A DNA stretch of 56,682 bases, counting the filler, from Platydemus manokwari (taxonomy: Eukaryota), in the NCBI GenBank assembly GCA_037951405.1. It is 5 parts of 5 records of this genome, joined end to end, with 100 filler letters (N's around TTAATTAATTAA, not from the genome) between each part and the next. Parts side by side here need not be neighbours in the genome. Positions count along the whole stretch, not along the records: positions 1 to 11,301 come from JBBMOY010782203.1; positions 11,402 to 20,333 come from JBBMOY011327206.1; 3 more parts are not named here. The stretch is one strand, 5' to 3'. The notes beneath the pieces are model-generated. The model searched no databases, was not told the DNA's origin, and saw only the letters and a list, made by a program, of their open reading frames with translations. Numbering within the stretch: position 1 is the first letter of the stretch; each line of letters opens with the position of its first letter. Below, one piece after another: positions 1 through 14,101 of the stretch. The position numbers were made by a program, and so were the translations under genes.

Positions 1-1059
1 TTACAAAAATCGAATTAAATTTTCAAATAAAATAACCATAATAAGATTATAATACACAACATTACATCTGGGTTGAAATATGTTATTTTAAATAAATGTT
101 TTTAATATTATTTTAATATTATGGAAAACTATCGTAAATATTATATCAAAAAATTATTTCATTCTTCTAAATTGTTTAAAAATTAAATTTAACTTCAAAG
201 CTTTATAATAAGTAGAAAATGGAACTACTAATGAATTGAGATTCGCGAGATATTTATGAATAAAGGAAAATTATAATTCGGCAATTTACTTCACTTAAGC
301 ACGGTGAATGTTTGAGTACGTAAACATAACACTGCTACATCTGTAGTAAATTATGATTTTGCAAAATGCCCTCATTTTATACTAAACGATTATAATGACA
401 TTTATAAAGGTTTATACAAAGATGGTTTTATACTCTTAATACTATGATGATTATTAGTATTTTCTTTAAGTAAAACACTTAATTATGATCAAAATTAATT
501 ATGGCCTATGATAAGTAATGTTAATAACGTTTAATTTTTCTCAATCTTTCAGAATAGAAAATTGAATTGGACTAGTTCTCATAAAATGGAACGTTGGAGA
601 AAAATAATTTTTGACATGCTAAACATAATGATTTATATATATAAGTAGAATTAATAATTGAATTTCGAATATCAACTATTAAGCTAATTTTTTGATAAGA
701 TTTGTTAATATATAACACTTACAAACTCATTTTCAATTTATTTAATCAAAGTGAAATTAAAGAATGATAATAAAAATGTTAATTTTAAAAATCAAATTCC
801 AATTTGTATTGTTTTTAATATAATGACGATGAGAGAAACAACAGTTTCGTGGATGTCAAACAATTCTGTGATCAGGTTGAAGTGAAAATTTCTACGGAAG
901 ATACATGAATACTTAAATAAAAAATCAAAGAAAGTAGCATAAAAAACTCTCCAGGCTTTTAGATTGTAAATATTAGAGTAAAATATTGCAAAAATGATAA
1001 GCATCATAGCTTTCAATTTGGATTTTAAAAATTTTCAATGAGAACATGAACAATAATGA

Positions 1060-1130
1060 ACTGCAGATCATGTTATCAGCAGAATATTGAAATCTCTCAT
1101 AATGTCAGCTAGATGTGAGCATGAATTTTA
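1060..1130 (-). mobile_element. Possible APE endonuclease fragment of a CR1/L2 LINE
   Basis: SHLADIMRDFNILLIT* resembles the HLLIMGDFNxPxIxW motif; short and decayed. Confidence 0.3.
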
Positions 1131-4100
1131 GTTGTCTAATATATGGTTGATTTTACGAAAGTGCTTATGAAATAATTACTGGATTTCCTTTTAAGTGTTA
1201 CATATGTAACATTATACATTCTAAATAGCTACTTATAATATTATTAACTTCTCCTCTCCTTTCTTGAAAAGCTTGACGATATACAGGAAAAATAGCTACT
1301 CAATAAACCATTCTTATCTCGAGAAAATTACTTTTTTCAGAGCATTACATAGGGTTTCAGTTGAAAGATGACTACGTACAAATCATAATCTATTCCTTAA
1401 TAATGTACTTGAATAACACAGCCACTAAACACAACTGTGGACCAATGGAATTATCTAAAATTAGGGAAACCAGTTGGAATATATTTGTCAATTGAACAGG
1501 TCGAAACAGTTTATAATTTTATCATTCACATTGATTTAATTACCATTAAAAATTTGACTACTGTCAGTTCATTTCATTAATTGTTGAGCTTATTAATTGC
1601 TGTAAATAACCTAAGTTAGAAATAAGTGTGTATTATTGATTCAATAATCAAACATACATTGCTGTATTTCTTGAAACTAAGGCATTCTAAAGCGATGCTT
1701 TAAAACTTTGTCAATATCATTTAGATTATTAATATTAGAATCGTATATTAGATGATCCAGAAAATCGCCAGTAGTTTTTCTAGAATGTACATAAATCATA
1801 AAAATATTTATGGTTAACATTTAAATATTCGAAGCGATAAATCACTCATCAATCGAATGATTATTATTCACTTTTAATCTGATTTGGATAAAAACGTTAA
1901 GAAAATCTTCTAAATGCATCGCTCTTCATTATATTTTCAGTAGTTTAAGCATAAGACAAAATTTTCGTCTTCATCAAACAATAATTATAAATAAAGTGAA
2001 TGGAATAATACAACTTATTGTTGATGTCGGATAATAATGAACAACTTGGTTTTATTTTTAAAATATAATTGAAACAATAAACACACTCTAATAGAATTGG
2101 CTGATATAATTCGTGAGTAAATATTTGATTTATTCAAAATCATAACAAAATCTGTGTAAACTCTTTTATTTATTTATCATTTCCATGAACAATTATTCAA
2201 TCTTAAAATTTCTTTATTTAGACCTGATATGATTTCAGTTTAACTTGTATATCATCATTATTGAAAAAGGTATTTTTAAAAGAATATCTGACTGACTTGT
2301 GTTTACTACTAATCCTTAGGATTTCTCTGTTTTCAATTTCTTGTTTAAATCTCTTTTATCTGTACATTTAATTAGCCTTTATCTTCTCAAAGGAAAGCAA
2401 AGAAATAATCAATTAACTTCTGAAGATAGAACTGAATTGAACTAAGTGAATTAACTAATTATATATAAATTCTATTTTAAAATAAATTAATTTAATTTCC
2501 ATTAAATTTCTAAAACAATTTTTTATGAAACTGGTTAAAATAAATTTATGAAATTCCCAAACTTGAATAATCCACTCAATTCTTTGTCTAATAAGATTTT
2601 TTGTCATATTGATTAATACATTTTCAATACTAAATCTGGTCTAATCTCTAAGATGTTACTGCATTATTCTGGAATTGACAAAATAATAAAAATTGCCAAA
2701 CATTTTACTGATCTATTTCAAACACCTTAACTGCTTCAGTCATAAATTTCAGCATGATTTATTGCTTCGAGTTTACATTTATTTGGTTGAAATTTACGAG
2801 TATTATTATATAATATCACAGTTCACCTCATTATTTTTCTATTAAAATTTTTTGTTCTCTTAATTATTAATGCGTAGACAGGATTCGATACCCAGAATAA
2901 CGATCACGTTAATATATGCCATTTATTAATATAATATCGTAATTTTTAATTGTGATGGAATTTAATTGATCAAAATAAGGTAATTCGCAAAATGTGACTT
3001 TCAAATATCACGATTCAGATTGGTTGGAAATTTTGTCCGATGGTTTTCTATAAATAAACTTAGAAAAATTTAATAACAACTTCTAAGTTTACCACCGAAA
3101 TTCAGTAAACTTTGTTTGAATCGAGTCCACCACGTAAGACTTTGAAATACTGAAAGTAACTGAAGATTTCGTCATAGCATGCTTTTGCATTTGATTAACA
3201 TTTCTAAATACTTTTTAATATTGTGAAATTTGATAAATCAATGCAACAAGGGTGTTTCCATAAGGATGACGAGCTTAATCATGCTTCTAGTTCCAAACGA
3301 AAACAACTGAAAACTCTTGGGAAAAAAGCAGTAATTGTATACTTACCTGGCGTTCAAAATATAATTTTATCAGCGTGATCAAAATATAATTAATTATTCC
3401 AAAAGTGATTTTGTAAAACTTCCTAATATAACAGGTAAAGAATTCGTTCGAAATCTACAACTATCGAACAACCAGGGAAATTCATCAGCATTGAGGGAAG
3501 TTAATTGTGATTGATTTGCGATTTTAAAATCAATATCAATTGAAAAAATTCAATTCGAGAAGTAAAATGAAAATTCGGAAAGAGTCGGCCGATCTCAAGT
3601 AGTCAAAAGAATCAATTAATTGGTCAATTATTTAAATTTTGAAATCGACGCCAATAAGTAAATCTCGCTGCAATGCCGATTTTGATTTATCTCATGACAA
3701 ATAAAGTTAAATAAGTCTTTCATCTTTAATTGTCGAAGAATTATTAAAAATAATTTCTCATGCAATTTTTAGAGGTTTGAAATGGAAAAGAATTCGAAGT
3801 AAATGTTTTTTATTAATTCTAAAGATTATAATATGTGCTGAAGTTATTCATTTCTAAGGATTAAATATTTCTTTATACATATATATATAGAATAAAGACG
3901 AGGATTATATATAGTATTGTTAATTTCTCGATGCATGAGATACTTTGTACAAAAATATTGTAATTTAGACTGTGCTTAACTTTTCGTGTCGCCAGAGTTT
4001 TATTCATAACAGTTATATGTTTTAGATAAGACTTTAGATAACCGATTTTATCCTAGACAAAGTCCAAATAAAATAATATTAATATTTTTAATTAACTTTC

Positions 4101-4137
4101 TCGTATATTCAATTTGGTATTTTTCCAATACATAATA

Positions 4138-4841
4138 TGTGGAACCAGTCCGTGACGCCTTACCCTTTAAAATTGTTTTTCTTCTTTTCTTCTTTTAGGT
4201 ATTTCGTACTGACTTTCGGGTTTTATGTGCCACATTTTTATAAATTCCAAAAAGAATAAAACTGATATAGTTCTCAATATAGAAATTAATTTGATGAAAA
4301 AATAAATAAATAAATTCAAAATCAATAAATAAAATTAATAAATTTGATTAAAAACAATAATTATATTAAATTTTGATAAATAAATAAATAAATTCAAATA
4401 AATAAAAAAATATTAAATGTAATAGATAAAAACAATAAAATATTTATTTGATAAATAAAATATTAAACATCATAAATAAAACATTTGAATCTGATAAATA
4501 TTATAATATTTATGTTAAATTTGAGAAATTAAAAATCAATTCAATAAATTAAAATATTAAATCTGATAAATAATAGCAATAATTATCTTGATTTTATAAT
4601 AAATAAATAAATTCAATAAATATTAAATATTAAATCTTATATATAAATTAATAAAACAAATAAATAATTAAATTTGATAAATTAGAATAATTAATTTTTG
4701 TTAAATAAAATCTAAATTTGGATAAATAAGAATAAAATGAAATTTATCAATATTTGGTACATAAAACCGTAAAATTGGTACAAAACACCCTAAAATAAAA
4801 AAAACTAAAAATACTGCAGGGCATCCAGGACTGTTTCTACT
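4138..4841. mobile_element. Old foldback element: ~110-bp degenerate TIRs around an A-rich minisatellite
   Basis: Left gtggaaccagtccgtgacgcc...ggttttatgtgccacatttttataaatt versus right reverse complement gtagaaacagtcctggatgcc...ggttttatgtaccaaatattgataaatt. The interior repeats aaatttgataaataa units. Flanked by TA. Confidence 0.65.
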
Positions 4842-7049
4842 TACTACTCTAATATTTCTAAGGTAATTATTAATTTTAAAATTTTATTTAAGCCTTGAAT
4901 TGCGCAACAAATTACAAACCACAATTTCGATAACTAAGATTTTAAAATGATAATTATTATATCTTAAAAAAAACTTGAATTACTTGAATTTTCACATCTA
5001 TTATTTCTTTTATTGATTTGATCCTGGAATTACTGTTCAGCGATAATCGATTTTTAGTAATAAATTCCTTTACTGATGTCGTAATTATTGTCGCTTGTTT
5101 TTCCTACATATAATTTTGCTGATTTAAATAACTATCGAGATAATTACATACTGTTTTGATATTATCATGTTTTATGAATTTTGAAGGATCATATTTTTAT
5201 TTTTTCTAATGTGAAATAACTGACTTCATGGAATAACTTGATAGTCTACCAAAACAAGTATAAATTGACATCATAAGTCTTGATTGGTCTGATAAATCAG
5301 CTTTGAATCAATACAAATATTCCTCAGCGTTATTCGGCTTCTTTGCCAGTTTCTAATTTTAAAATTTAGAAATAACAAACCACCTGAAATTAGTTTATTT
5401 ATTTGATTCATGATAATTTTTACGACTATGATCTAATCTCATTATATTTCATCGATTGCTTCATCGATATAGAATGTCTTAACTCTACTATCAGTTCAGT
5501 GTTTGACTTTTAGATTTTAAATGTCACCATAAGTCATAATTTTACTTTTTAATTCTGTCAGTAATTTATTGTTAATACATATTCTTTAAATACTTTTATT
5601 TCTAAATTGTCGAAACACTATATTGATTGTTAACACTATTTTTTTCATCAATTTCCCGTCAATTTCATCAAATTCTACCTATTATTATATATTGCAACCC
5701 AAGTCCACGTGTCTTGGCTTCACATTCGATCAATAATATGGAGATTACGATGGTGGCAATAGTAATATGAATTATGATCAATTTTTATATCCATATTGGT
5801 CTCAGTAAATATGCCTGTGTTATTATTTTTTAAATATTGAGGATTAGTAATCCTTATATTGTGTAATAATTAACTAAAAAGGTAATGATTGTTGTATCAA
5901 TGTTTACACTGGAGTTTCTTACAAAAAAATGTTGTTGAAACTTAAATACAGAACGAATTATTACCTCTGTATTAAAAAAATGAGATGATAAATTACTATT
6001 ATAACTCTTAATTAATCACTACAAATGTAGCAAATAATTAGATATAATAATAACAAAACAATAACTAACAACAAAATTATACAAAATAAAAATTGTTCAA
6101 ATTTACTTTATGATAACCACTAATTTTAAGCTTATCAATTTCAGATAAAAATTTTCGTTTCAATTGCCTGTCAATAGTATTCTAGCTGATTGGTTGTTAA
6201 AGGAGGAATAAATATAAATATAATTGATTTTTAAATGAGTTAGAATGAAATTAACTTTTATGATATTGGAAGCCCCGGTAAGAAACTAGGCATAAACAAA
6301 TTCTCGTTCTATTGAACGGAATAGATTTCTTATTCTCTCTGATAATTTGTCTGACAAATAGGTCATTACCACACTCTACTAATGCTTTTATACTAACTGA
6401 CTGGGTGATTCATTGAGAAGAAATATACTTTCAAATTACTTTTCAATATGTGCTGTTTTCTTCTGCACTTGGTATTGTGATAGAAATTTTAATTTGCATG
6501 ATTATTTTTAAAGCCAAATAATTTTACTTATTTTCCTGCAATTTTTAAAATTTGTTGAGAATTTATTTTAGTCATCGAAGTATCTTCCTTATATTTTCCA
6601 TAATTATTTCATTATTAATAAAAATTGGTTAAAATAAAAATACATTTATTTTTATATTATTTCATATAAATTCAGGTGATACTTCTGCACATTAGATCTT
6701 AAGGGAATTTTTATGCTATTAAACATCGATATATTTTCCGATGATATTCTACTGTTAAATACATTATAAAAATTAATAAAACAAGATTTTTAATAATGTT
6801 CAAGTTATTGACTTTTGATAATCTAAATATTCCTACATTTGTACCATTTCTTTAACTTTTGGAGACATGTACATATTTCTGCATGGGTCAAACTTATTGA
6901 AATTTAAAGCTCTTTGTATATTTTTAATAAAGTTTTCAATCAGGGCTTTCATATATACATAATTGTGTGCATGTCTTACGTTTTGGGATCTTCTGTTTAA
7001 TGATTAAATTATTATTAAATATTTTGATGATCACTATCTACATCTTGAT

Positions 7050-8270
7050 CATTCTAAAGATTTCGTTGACTCTCAAGTACGAACTATACCTTAAGTTCTT
7101 TCTTCATATCGACATTCTCAATTTATATGAAGATAAATGAAACGGTGAAGATAATGCTTTTTGTTAATTTAAATACCGTCAATGCTTCTTTTACTGGCTC
7201 AACGATGTTATTTATGTTTCAATTAGTGTCAGTTGATTTAATAATGCATCAGCACAACTTCAAAAGGTGATGAATTATAATGGTGATTTTATTAATGAAT
7301 TTGTGAACCTCAAAATTTAACTGCCGAATGAATAACAAAACTATTTTTAATACTAATATATTTATTACAACTCAAGATTACAAATTCAATACTTTTATAC
7401 ACTGAAATGATTTTGATTCTACTTATAGTTTTTTTATACGATGGAATTATGTACAATTCAGGGTAGCAGATCGTCGATCAACGAGTCCTTTGTGAGTTTG
7501 AGGAAGTATATTTTCAAGATATTTTTTGAGCTTTCGCTCTACAAATAGAAAGAATATGTGATATACTAATATGTGATTTTAAAATGTAGTATCTTACTGT
7601 TGGTTCTAATCCTAATCCACCACAACGAATGATCTTGAATACTTCTTTTTCCATAATTTTCTTATCTAACAATTCAGTATATAATGATTGCAGTCACGGC
7701 CTCATATCATTCGTAGTGAATCATTCGTAGTTATTCTTTACCAACATTTGTTTATTGTGATAGAGAAATTTTCCGAAATTAAATCCAAAATATCATAAAG
7801 AAATTCTCTCCGATTGAATGCATGAACATTTAATTGTATATAATAGATGGTCATGGTTATTTTATTTAATGCATATCTATTTATTTTATTCTCGCTGATT
7901 ATTTTATTTTATTTTATCGAGAGAGAGAATTAATTAAGCGCGATAAATAATAAATTCATTATGAATATTGTTTTAATGAATGAAATTATTAAAGGATAAA
8001 TTTAATGAGTTTAATTATTACTGCCTGGTTTTATTAATAATTAATGGGTTTTATTCATGCCGGTTTTTTATTAATTATAGGAGTTATTATTTGGTGTTTT
8101 TTTATTTCTGTTAATCATAAAGCTCCTTGAATACACATCCAAATATTCGAAACTATTTTTTATCCAAAAAATACTTTATACACCTAGTAAAATATTGTAC
8201 ATTGATGCACACGATTATTATCTGATTATTGTAGTTTTAAAAATTATCAAAAGCTTCAAAGTCACACACA
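7050..8270. repeat. Dispersed ~1.2-kb repeat, copy A (possible solo LTR)
   Basis: Colinear blocks shared with 23560-24812: caatttatatgaagataa, gagctt(t)cgctctacaaatag, ctaatatgtgattttaaa, tattgttttaatg...aaaggataa, atactttatacac...aaaatattgta. Confidence 0.75.
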
Positions 8271-9330
8271 CATATATACGTGTGTGTATATGCGACTTAT
8301 TTATAAATGTGAAGTTGAACATTTATAAATTCAAATCAGTCTAGTATATTTCAAACTTTAACAGATTCAGTTTTTAAATTCCACGAAAATTAATTCATGA
8401 AAAAATCTTAAAATAGTACTGCTAGGATAATTTTTAAAACATTAATTTTTAATATTCAAGAATTAAAGTTAAACGAAAACCTTCATATTACTAATTCATC
8501 CTCATCATCATATTACTTCTTCATCATATCTTTCTGTGTTTTATAAAACTCTAATAGATTTGATTTAGTAACGAATAATGATCACGATATTCATAATTAA
8601 TGAAATAGAATACCTCAAGGCAAATTCATATGACAAATGCTGCTATTATTATCCACCAATCTTAAATTATCAAATTAATTTTATAGAATATGATATTTCA
8701 AAAAATCAATGAAAAATTGAAAACGAGATCAAAAATTCTTCTGATTAAAATTAAAGAAAAAATTATAACAAGTTGTGGAGAAAAGAAATTTATGTGGTTT
8801 CGTTATTTTAATTTTTGGGATATTAAGTAAATTTGAAAAACATTTTAGAAGACAATCTTAAAACATTGTTCAACTTTTATGATTATCGATCGAATTAAAT
8901 ATTTTATCAATAAATTTAACTTAAATTTATTAAGTCTACCATATTGGCCATTATCAAAGCAATGTATTGTTCAAACAGATTATAATAATGGCTGTTATAT
9001 TTTATCACTATATTTCGATATACATCTATTTCGTCAATGAGAATGATTTGGAATTTATATTTTTAAATTCTTATCAGTTCATCGGTAACTTTTTTTCCGA
9101 TGCACAATCTTTAATTTACGATTTTTTAGAAAAAGTATACATAAAGATGAATAACGTTGTCAAATTTGGATTTGATTTTGTAAACAAGAACACGATCTCA
9201 AATACATAAAAGAACACTTAAATAGCGTATATCGATTAAAATGACAACAACAAACAATGTCCAAGCTATAATTTAAGCTCAAGTCATAAAATATCAAATA
9301 AAACATGATTTATCTCATAAATCGTATTAG

Positions 9331-9686
9331 CAAAACCGACAGAAAGAAGCCATTTACATGGAATTCAATTGATTTGTAAGGAAAAAATTAATATTTTTGT
9401 TTGTGATTTGAATTTTAAAAACAGAGACCATCAGACTAATCAAATGTTTTCTTTTTCACCAAATTATGATCCGTATAGATGAGTTTGTTGTAATCTCACC
9501 ATTAAAAACATAGACAAAATTCCAAATCTGCTATCTCCATAATTCGATTACAGGTGAATTAGATTTATCAATTATTTCCTATTAAATCGTAATCTGAGTT
9601 GTGTGGAGTGTGGAAAAAACCGAATTTATGAAATGATCTTTCATACACCTTTTCACATAGATGTACACAAAAGAAAGCATTCATAA
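9331..9686 (+). pseudogene. Candidate decayed C2H2 zinc-finger gene, 3' exons
   Basis: The terminal segment reads CVECGKNRIYEMIFHTPFHIDVHKRKHS* (C-x2-C ... F-x5-I-x2-H-x3-H). The upstream exon-like segment 9425-9553 has two in-frame stops. Splice-like sites at 9375 and 9554. Confidence 0.35.
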
Positions 9687-9785
9687 TTAATAATTAATCA
9701 GACACCAGAACATTGAGCATTGAGATGCATTCAGTAATCATCTAAAAGAGCCATGGCAACCACAACAAAAACCTTTAACTCGCTT

Positions 9786-9993
9786 GTGATAAAAATATAT
9801 CTAGCTTAGAATAAAATCATAACTTTTTAAACACCAAAAGCTAACATAAATACAACCATCGTATATATGTATAGCAAAAGCTACATTGAAATCTCATAAC
9901 ATTAAATCGTCGCAATTAAAATGGCAACTAACTGTTATCTTTTGGTGTTTCAAAAGTTCGAAAGTTGTTCTAAGTTAGACATATTTTTATTAC
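9786..9993. mobile_element. Foldback/MITE with ~60-bp imperfect inverted arms
   Basis: ataaaaatatatctagcttagaa...aactttttaaacaccaaaagctaaca versus the reverse complement of the right arm, ataaaaatatgtctaacttagaa...aacttttgaaacaccaaaagataaca. Confidence 0.75.
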
Positions 9994-11301
9994 TGAAAAT
10001 TCGTATTCTGTCTTGTATTATTAAGCTGAGTAGCGATACGAAAAAGTAATTGTGTGCGAAATGATATATTTGAAAGTAAGTATATATACATATATACCAT
10101 TGTTACCTGTTTCAAGATCGTTTATTCATTTTTATTGTACGATTTTGCAGTTTGATTTCCAGATAAACTTTTAGCTGCCCTGAGAAATCATCAAAAATAA
10201 CTATTTCGGTGGAATTTTTGTAATCCGACTTTCTCGATGAATTAAGGTATTATCAGGAATGTTTTCAAAATCTTATCTCATTGTTCATATCGAAAAATTA
10301 AATATTTATAGCAATTTTAGAAATGAATTTCTACATATCAACCGCGTTTCTCGGTGAATGATCATAATTGATGGGTTTTTTAATTAAAGATAAACTCTCC
10401 ATTGAAAATAAGTTCCATCATCTTACTATTATTACCAATTTGTTATGCTATTTTAATCAACAGAGTTTTGTTATTTATGATGCTTAAAATTAATTTGAAA
10501 AACCAAGATTAAACATCATCATATATAGAAAAAGAGAAAGAGAGGGTAAAAGAGAGAGAGTGAGTGAGAGAGAGTATTGTGTTAAGCAACTCTTTATTAG
10601 AAAGGATTCATCGTTTAAACTGAATTTACTCGTTATAAATAAAAATCTTTGTTCGGCTGTATTTAATTCAATCAATTTCAATTAATGGCGCATCAATTGA
10701 AGATCTTTATTATTTCATTAAAAACGAGTTTGATTCTAGAAAGACATGAAAAAATCAGCTGTGGGGCATTGAATTTTGCGACTTCAAAGATTACCGTTTT
10801 ATATGATCTCATTTCTAATCTATCATGAATGAAAGAAAATTATAGAAATATTATGGTAGGAGATAGAACTAGCTTGATGGATCATCTTCATTGTCATTCC
10901 AAAGTTGTGTCATTATTTGATAAATATCAAATTCATTAGCAAAGCCATCATTCAAACAACAATATAATTTTCATTAAAAGAGCAATTTTCCATTTCTGGC
11001 AGCTCTTAAATCTTAAATCTAGTAAATTCAAAGTAGATATTGAATATAATCAAGAGAAAAAATCTGTAGAATGTAAAATCTTGGATTATAAGAAATGAAA
11101 ATAATTCATAAGTATAATAATCACTAAAATTTTAGGTTTGAAGATTGAAAATAAATATTTCTTTTTTTAGCCGAGCGCTGTATAGTAATGACCTCTGACC
11201 CGGAAGTTATGTTTTGTGTCTGTGTGGCGCACCGTAAAACTGGCCAGATTTATCAAGACAACGGATCTATTGATCCGTTAAATATCTATTGCTTCCACTG
11301 T

Positions 11302-11401
11302 NNNNNNNNNNNNNNNNNNNNNNNNNNNNNNNNNNNNNNNNNNNNTTAATTAATTAANNNNNNNNNNNNNNNNNNNNNNNNNNNNNNNNNNNNNNNNNNN
11401 N
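11302..11401. other. Assembly spacer N44-TTAATTAATTAA-N44
   Basis: 100-nt gap with a six-frame stop linker. Confidence 0.97.
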
Positions 11402-14101
11402 CTATATTCTTTACATATTTTCTATTTAGTATCACATTTTCTGTCTTCTTTTCCATAATTTAAAGTATTTAATCTTATCTGAATCGAATCCAGAGGCGTG
11501 CTATCCATGTACGCCGCTACAATTTTATAAGACACGTATTGAAAACAACCACGAGACCCAATAATGTATTTAAATGTAATTAATTTAAACAAATTAACAT
11601 AATTTTTTATAAAATTAAATCTTTGAAAATTTAATTCAATTTCAATATTCTCATATTGTGTGTGCTAAAGTTACAATTAAGTGGTAGGAATCGACTAGAA
11701 GTAGAACGGTACAAATCTCTTGTGGTACACTTGATAGAAATACAATTTTTACATGTTACGAAATGTCAATATAACAACCTGAAGAAGGTTCTGTTCTAAT
11801 AAAAATTTATTGTGACAAGATTTAGTAATATTTTGTTCAGTGATAATAAATCAGTGTTTAAAGATAACTTTATTTTGAATTCAATCTTAGTAAATGGGAT
11901 TCGAAATATTATAAGTAAAACGTATTTAAGAGTTTACTCGTAGTGGATAATCACAATTAGATAACGAAGTCGGATAACATCAAAGTACTAGCGAGAATTA
12001 TCCGACATAATAAAGATGTTTATTATAATCGATAGGTCAATTACATATAAAGTTCAAGCATACTGGGAGTTTATTTGAGAGCATATGTATGCCTATTTTA
12101 TCATATTATTTTGTGAACAAGTATCGAATGTACTAGCTATTAATGAATGATTTACTTAAACCCTTTTGTGAATCATTACATCCATTGATAAGTCGACTGT
12201 TTACGAATCGACCCTTTTCTTTTCTTTGTAAAACTAACCCTGTCACATTTGACTTCCTTTTTTGCTTAAAAGTTAGATACAATTTTAATTAAACTATAAT
12301 GAATTAGAATTCGATATTATGTTGATCTCATTATTGGGAATAAGAAGAACCAAATTATACATACACATAGCCTTATACCCAACACATTGATATCATTTCA
12401 AATATGGATGATTCTAAATTTCTTTTTAAATATGTAGGATTTCCAAATCTACAATCAAAAATTATCATTTAAAATCAAAATTGATAATCGATACATCGTT
12501 TTGATTATATTGTGATCTTTAAACAAAATCTTGTTTGAAAATTAGTGCAGATTCTAGAATCGATGTGTTGATAAAAGTATGAAGATGCCAATTGTATGGA
12601 TAATGTTTTCAATTCAATTATCATTTTATACCACTGAAAGAGTAACATCACTCACAACATGATTACTACAATCTAGCAACCATGATCAGGAAATCATATG
12701 ATGTTCTTGTTAAGCTCTATCTTTGATCATATTCATTTTCTCCAATGTCTTCTTTTCACTTCCATTCGTCATTTAATTTCTCGTAATTTAATATTAGACA
12801 TATAAATGATATCTGTCGAGGGAAAAATGAGAAATATAATTCTTTATTTTTAATAAAAACCTTAATCGAAGTTAATTATTTTTCTCTACGTTTTATGAGA
12901 TACAGCTGATATTTAAATGATTGTTTTCCTTTTCAGAATGATATTAGTTTTTATAATTTCATTTATGCATTAGCTTAAAACAAATCTAATTTTATTATCT
13001 TAATATTAAGTTAAAAGATTGGAGACTATTAGATTACTAAATCGATATTATTGGAATAACATAATGGAACCAGTGAATAGCATAATATTAATATTATCTC
13101 TACTAACGATAATGTAAATGACTATATCAGAAAGAGATTTGTTTCAATGTTCTTATAATTATTAGTCATTTCGAATCTTTTTCTACTCATCAGTGCCTGA
13201 TGATGAATCGTACTTATCGTTAAATAATTTGTTCTCCATTGGTTTCTTACCCACTGAACTTCACCAAAAATAATATTTCGGTCATCGAAGCTTCTTGCAA
13301 TTTCATTTTGGTATTATATGACAATTTCCATCGTATTTCCATTTCTTGGGATACTTTCTCACAATGTTGTTTTTTAAGTATAAGTATTTTGTTTGGAATC
13401 TACTCAAGCAAAAATGAATCTCAACAAAAACGACTGAAAAATTTAATCAATCCAATGAACAACATTTATGAGAAACATAATCAATGATATATACATCAAA
13501 AATTGACTTAATATTTTGATTATAACTTTTTATTTATTGTTATGGTGATGTTTAATTTAATGTAGAGAATGAAACAAAATATTTTAACGGCTTTCATTTA
13601 CATTTTGTACTTTTATATTTATAATAAAGTATAAAGAAAATAACATATAAAGATTAACGATAAGAAAAAAACAGCACGCAGTTTAGACTACAGTGAACCA
13701 CCGATTCATGAATCGATCAATTTTAAACATTGCTGGAGTCAGTTGTCCAAATTTTATCAATCTTGAGATTTAAATCAGAAGTCATGCTTATAACCTGATT
13801 GTTTTGGGGGTCTGTGGTTTTATTTTGTTTGAATTCCAAAGTTTGAATTTTTGTTTACTTTGGCAATATCTGAGTCTAATTAGCTCTCTGAGTCCGTCTG
13901 ACCCACAGGTAATCACTAAGCCTAATATTTTGATATTTCTTCGCCTCGATCACACCAATCCACGTATGAAGACGGAATGGGTGGCTCTAGATATTGCTGT
14001 AAAGATTTATATAATTATTAACCGTTAACTACTTTAACTATATCTTGCCCAAAAGGTGATGAGATGATTTTCGATGATGATAATATTTACTGAAAATAAT
14101 T

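Noticed and set aside
2872-2908. B-box-like GGTATCGAATCC on the minus strand
   Set aside because: No cloverleaf or A box; at most a SINE scrap.
3339-3352. ATACTTACCTGGC, identical to the U1 snRNA 5' end
   Set aside because: The downstream sequence has no U1 stem-loops or Sm site. It is more simply a consensus splice donor (CAG|GTAAGTAT) on the minus strand, or chance.
11346-11357. Recurring TTAATTAATTAA within N runs
   Set aside because: Artificial six-frame stop linker, not a biological repeat or a CRISPR array.
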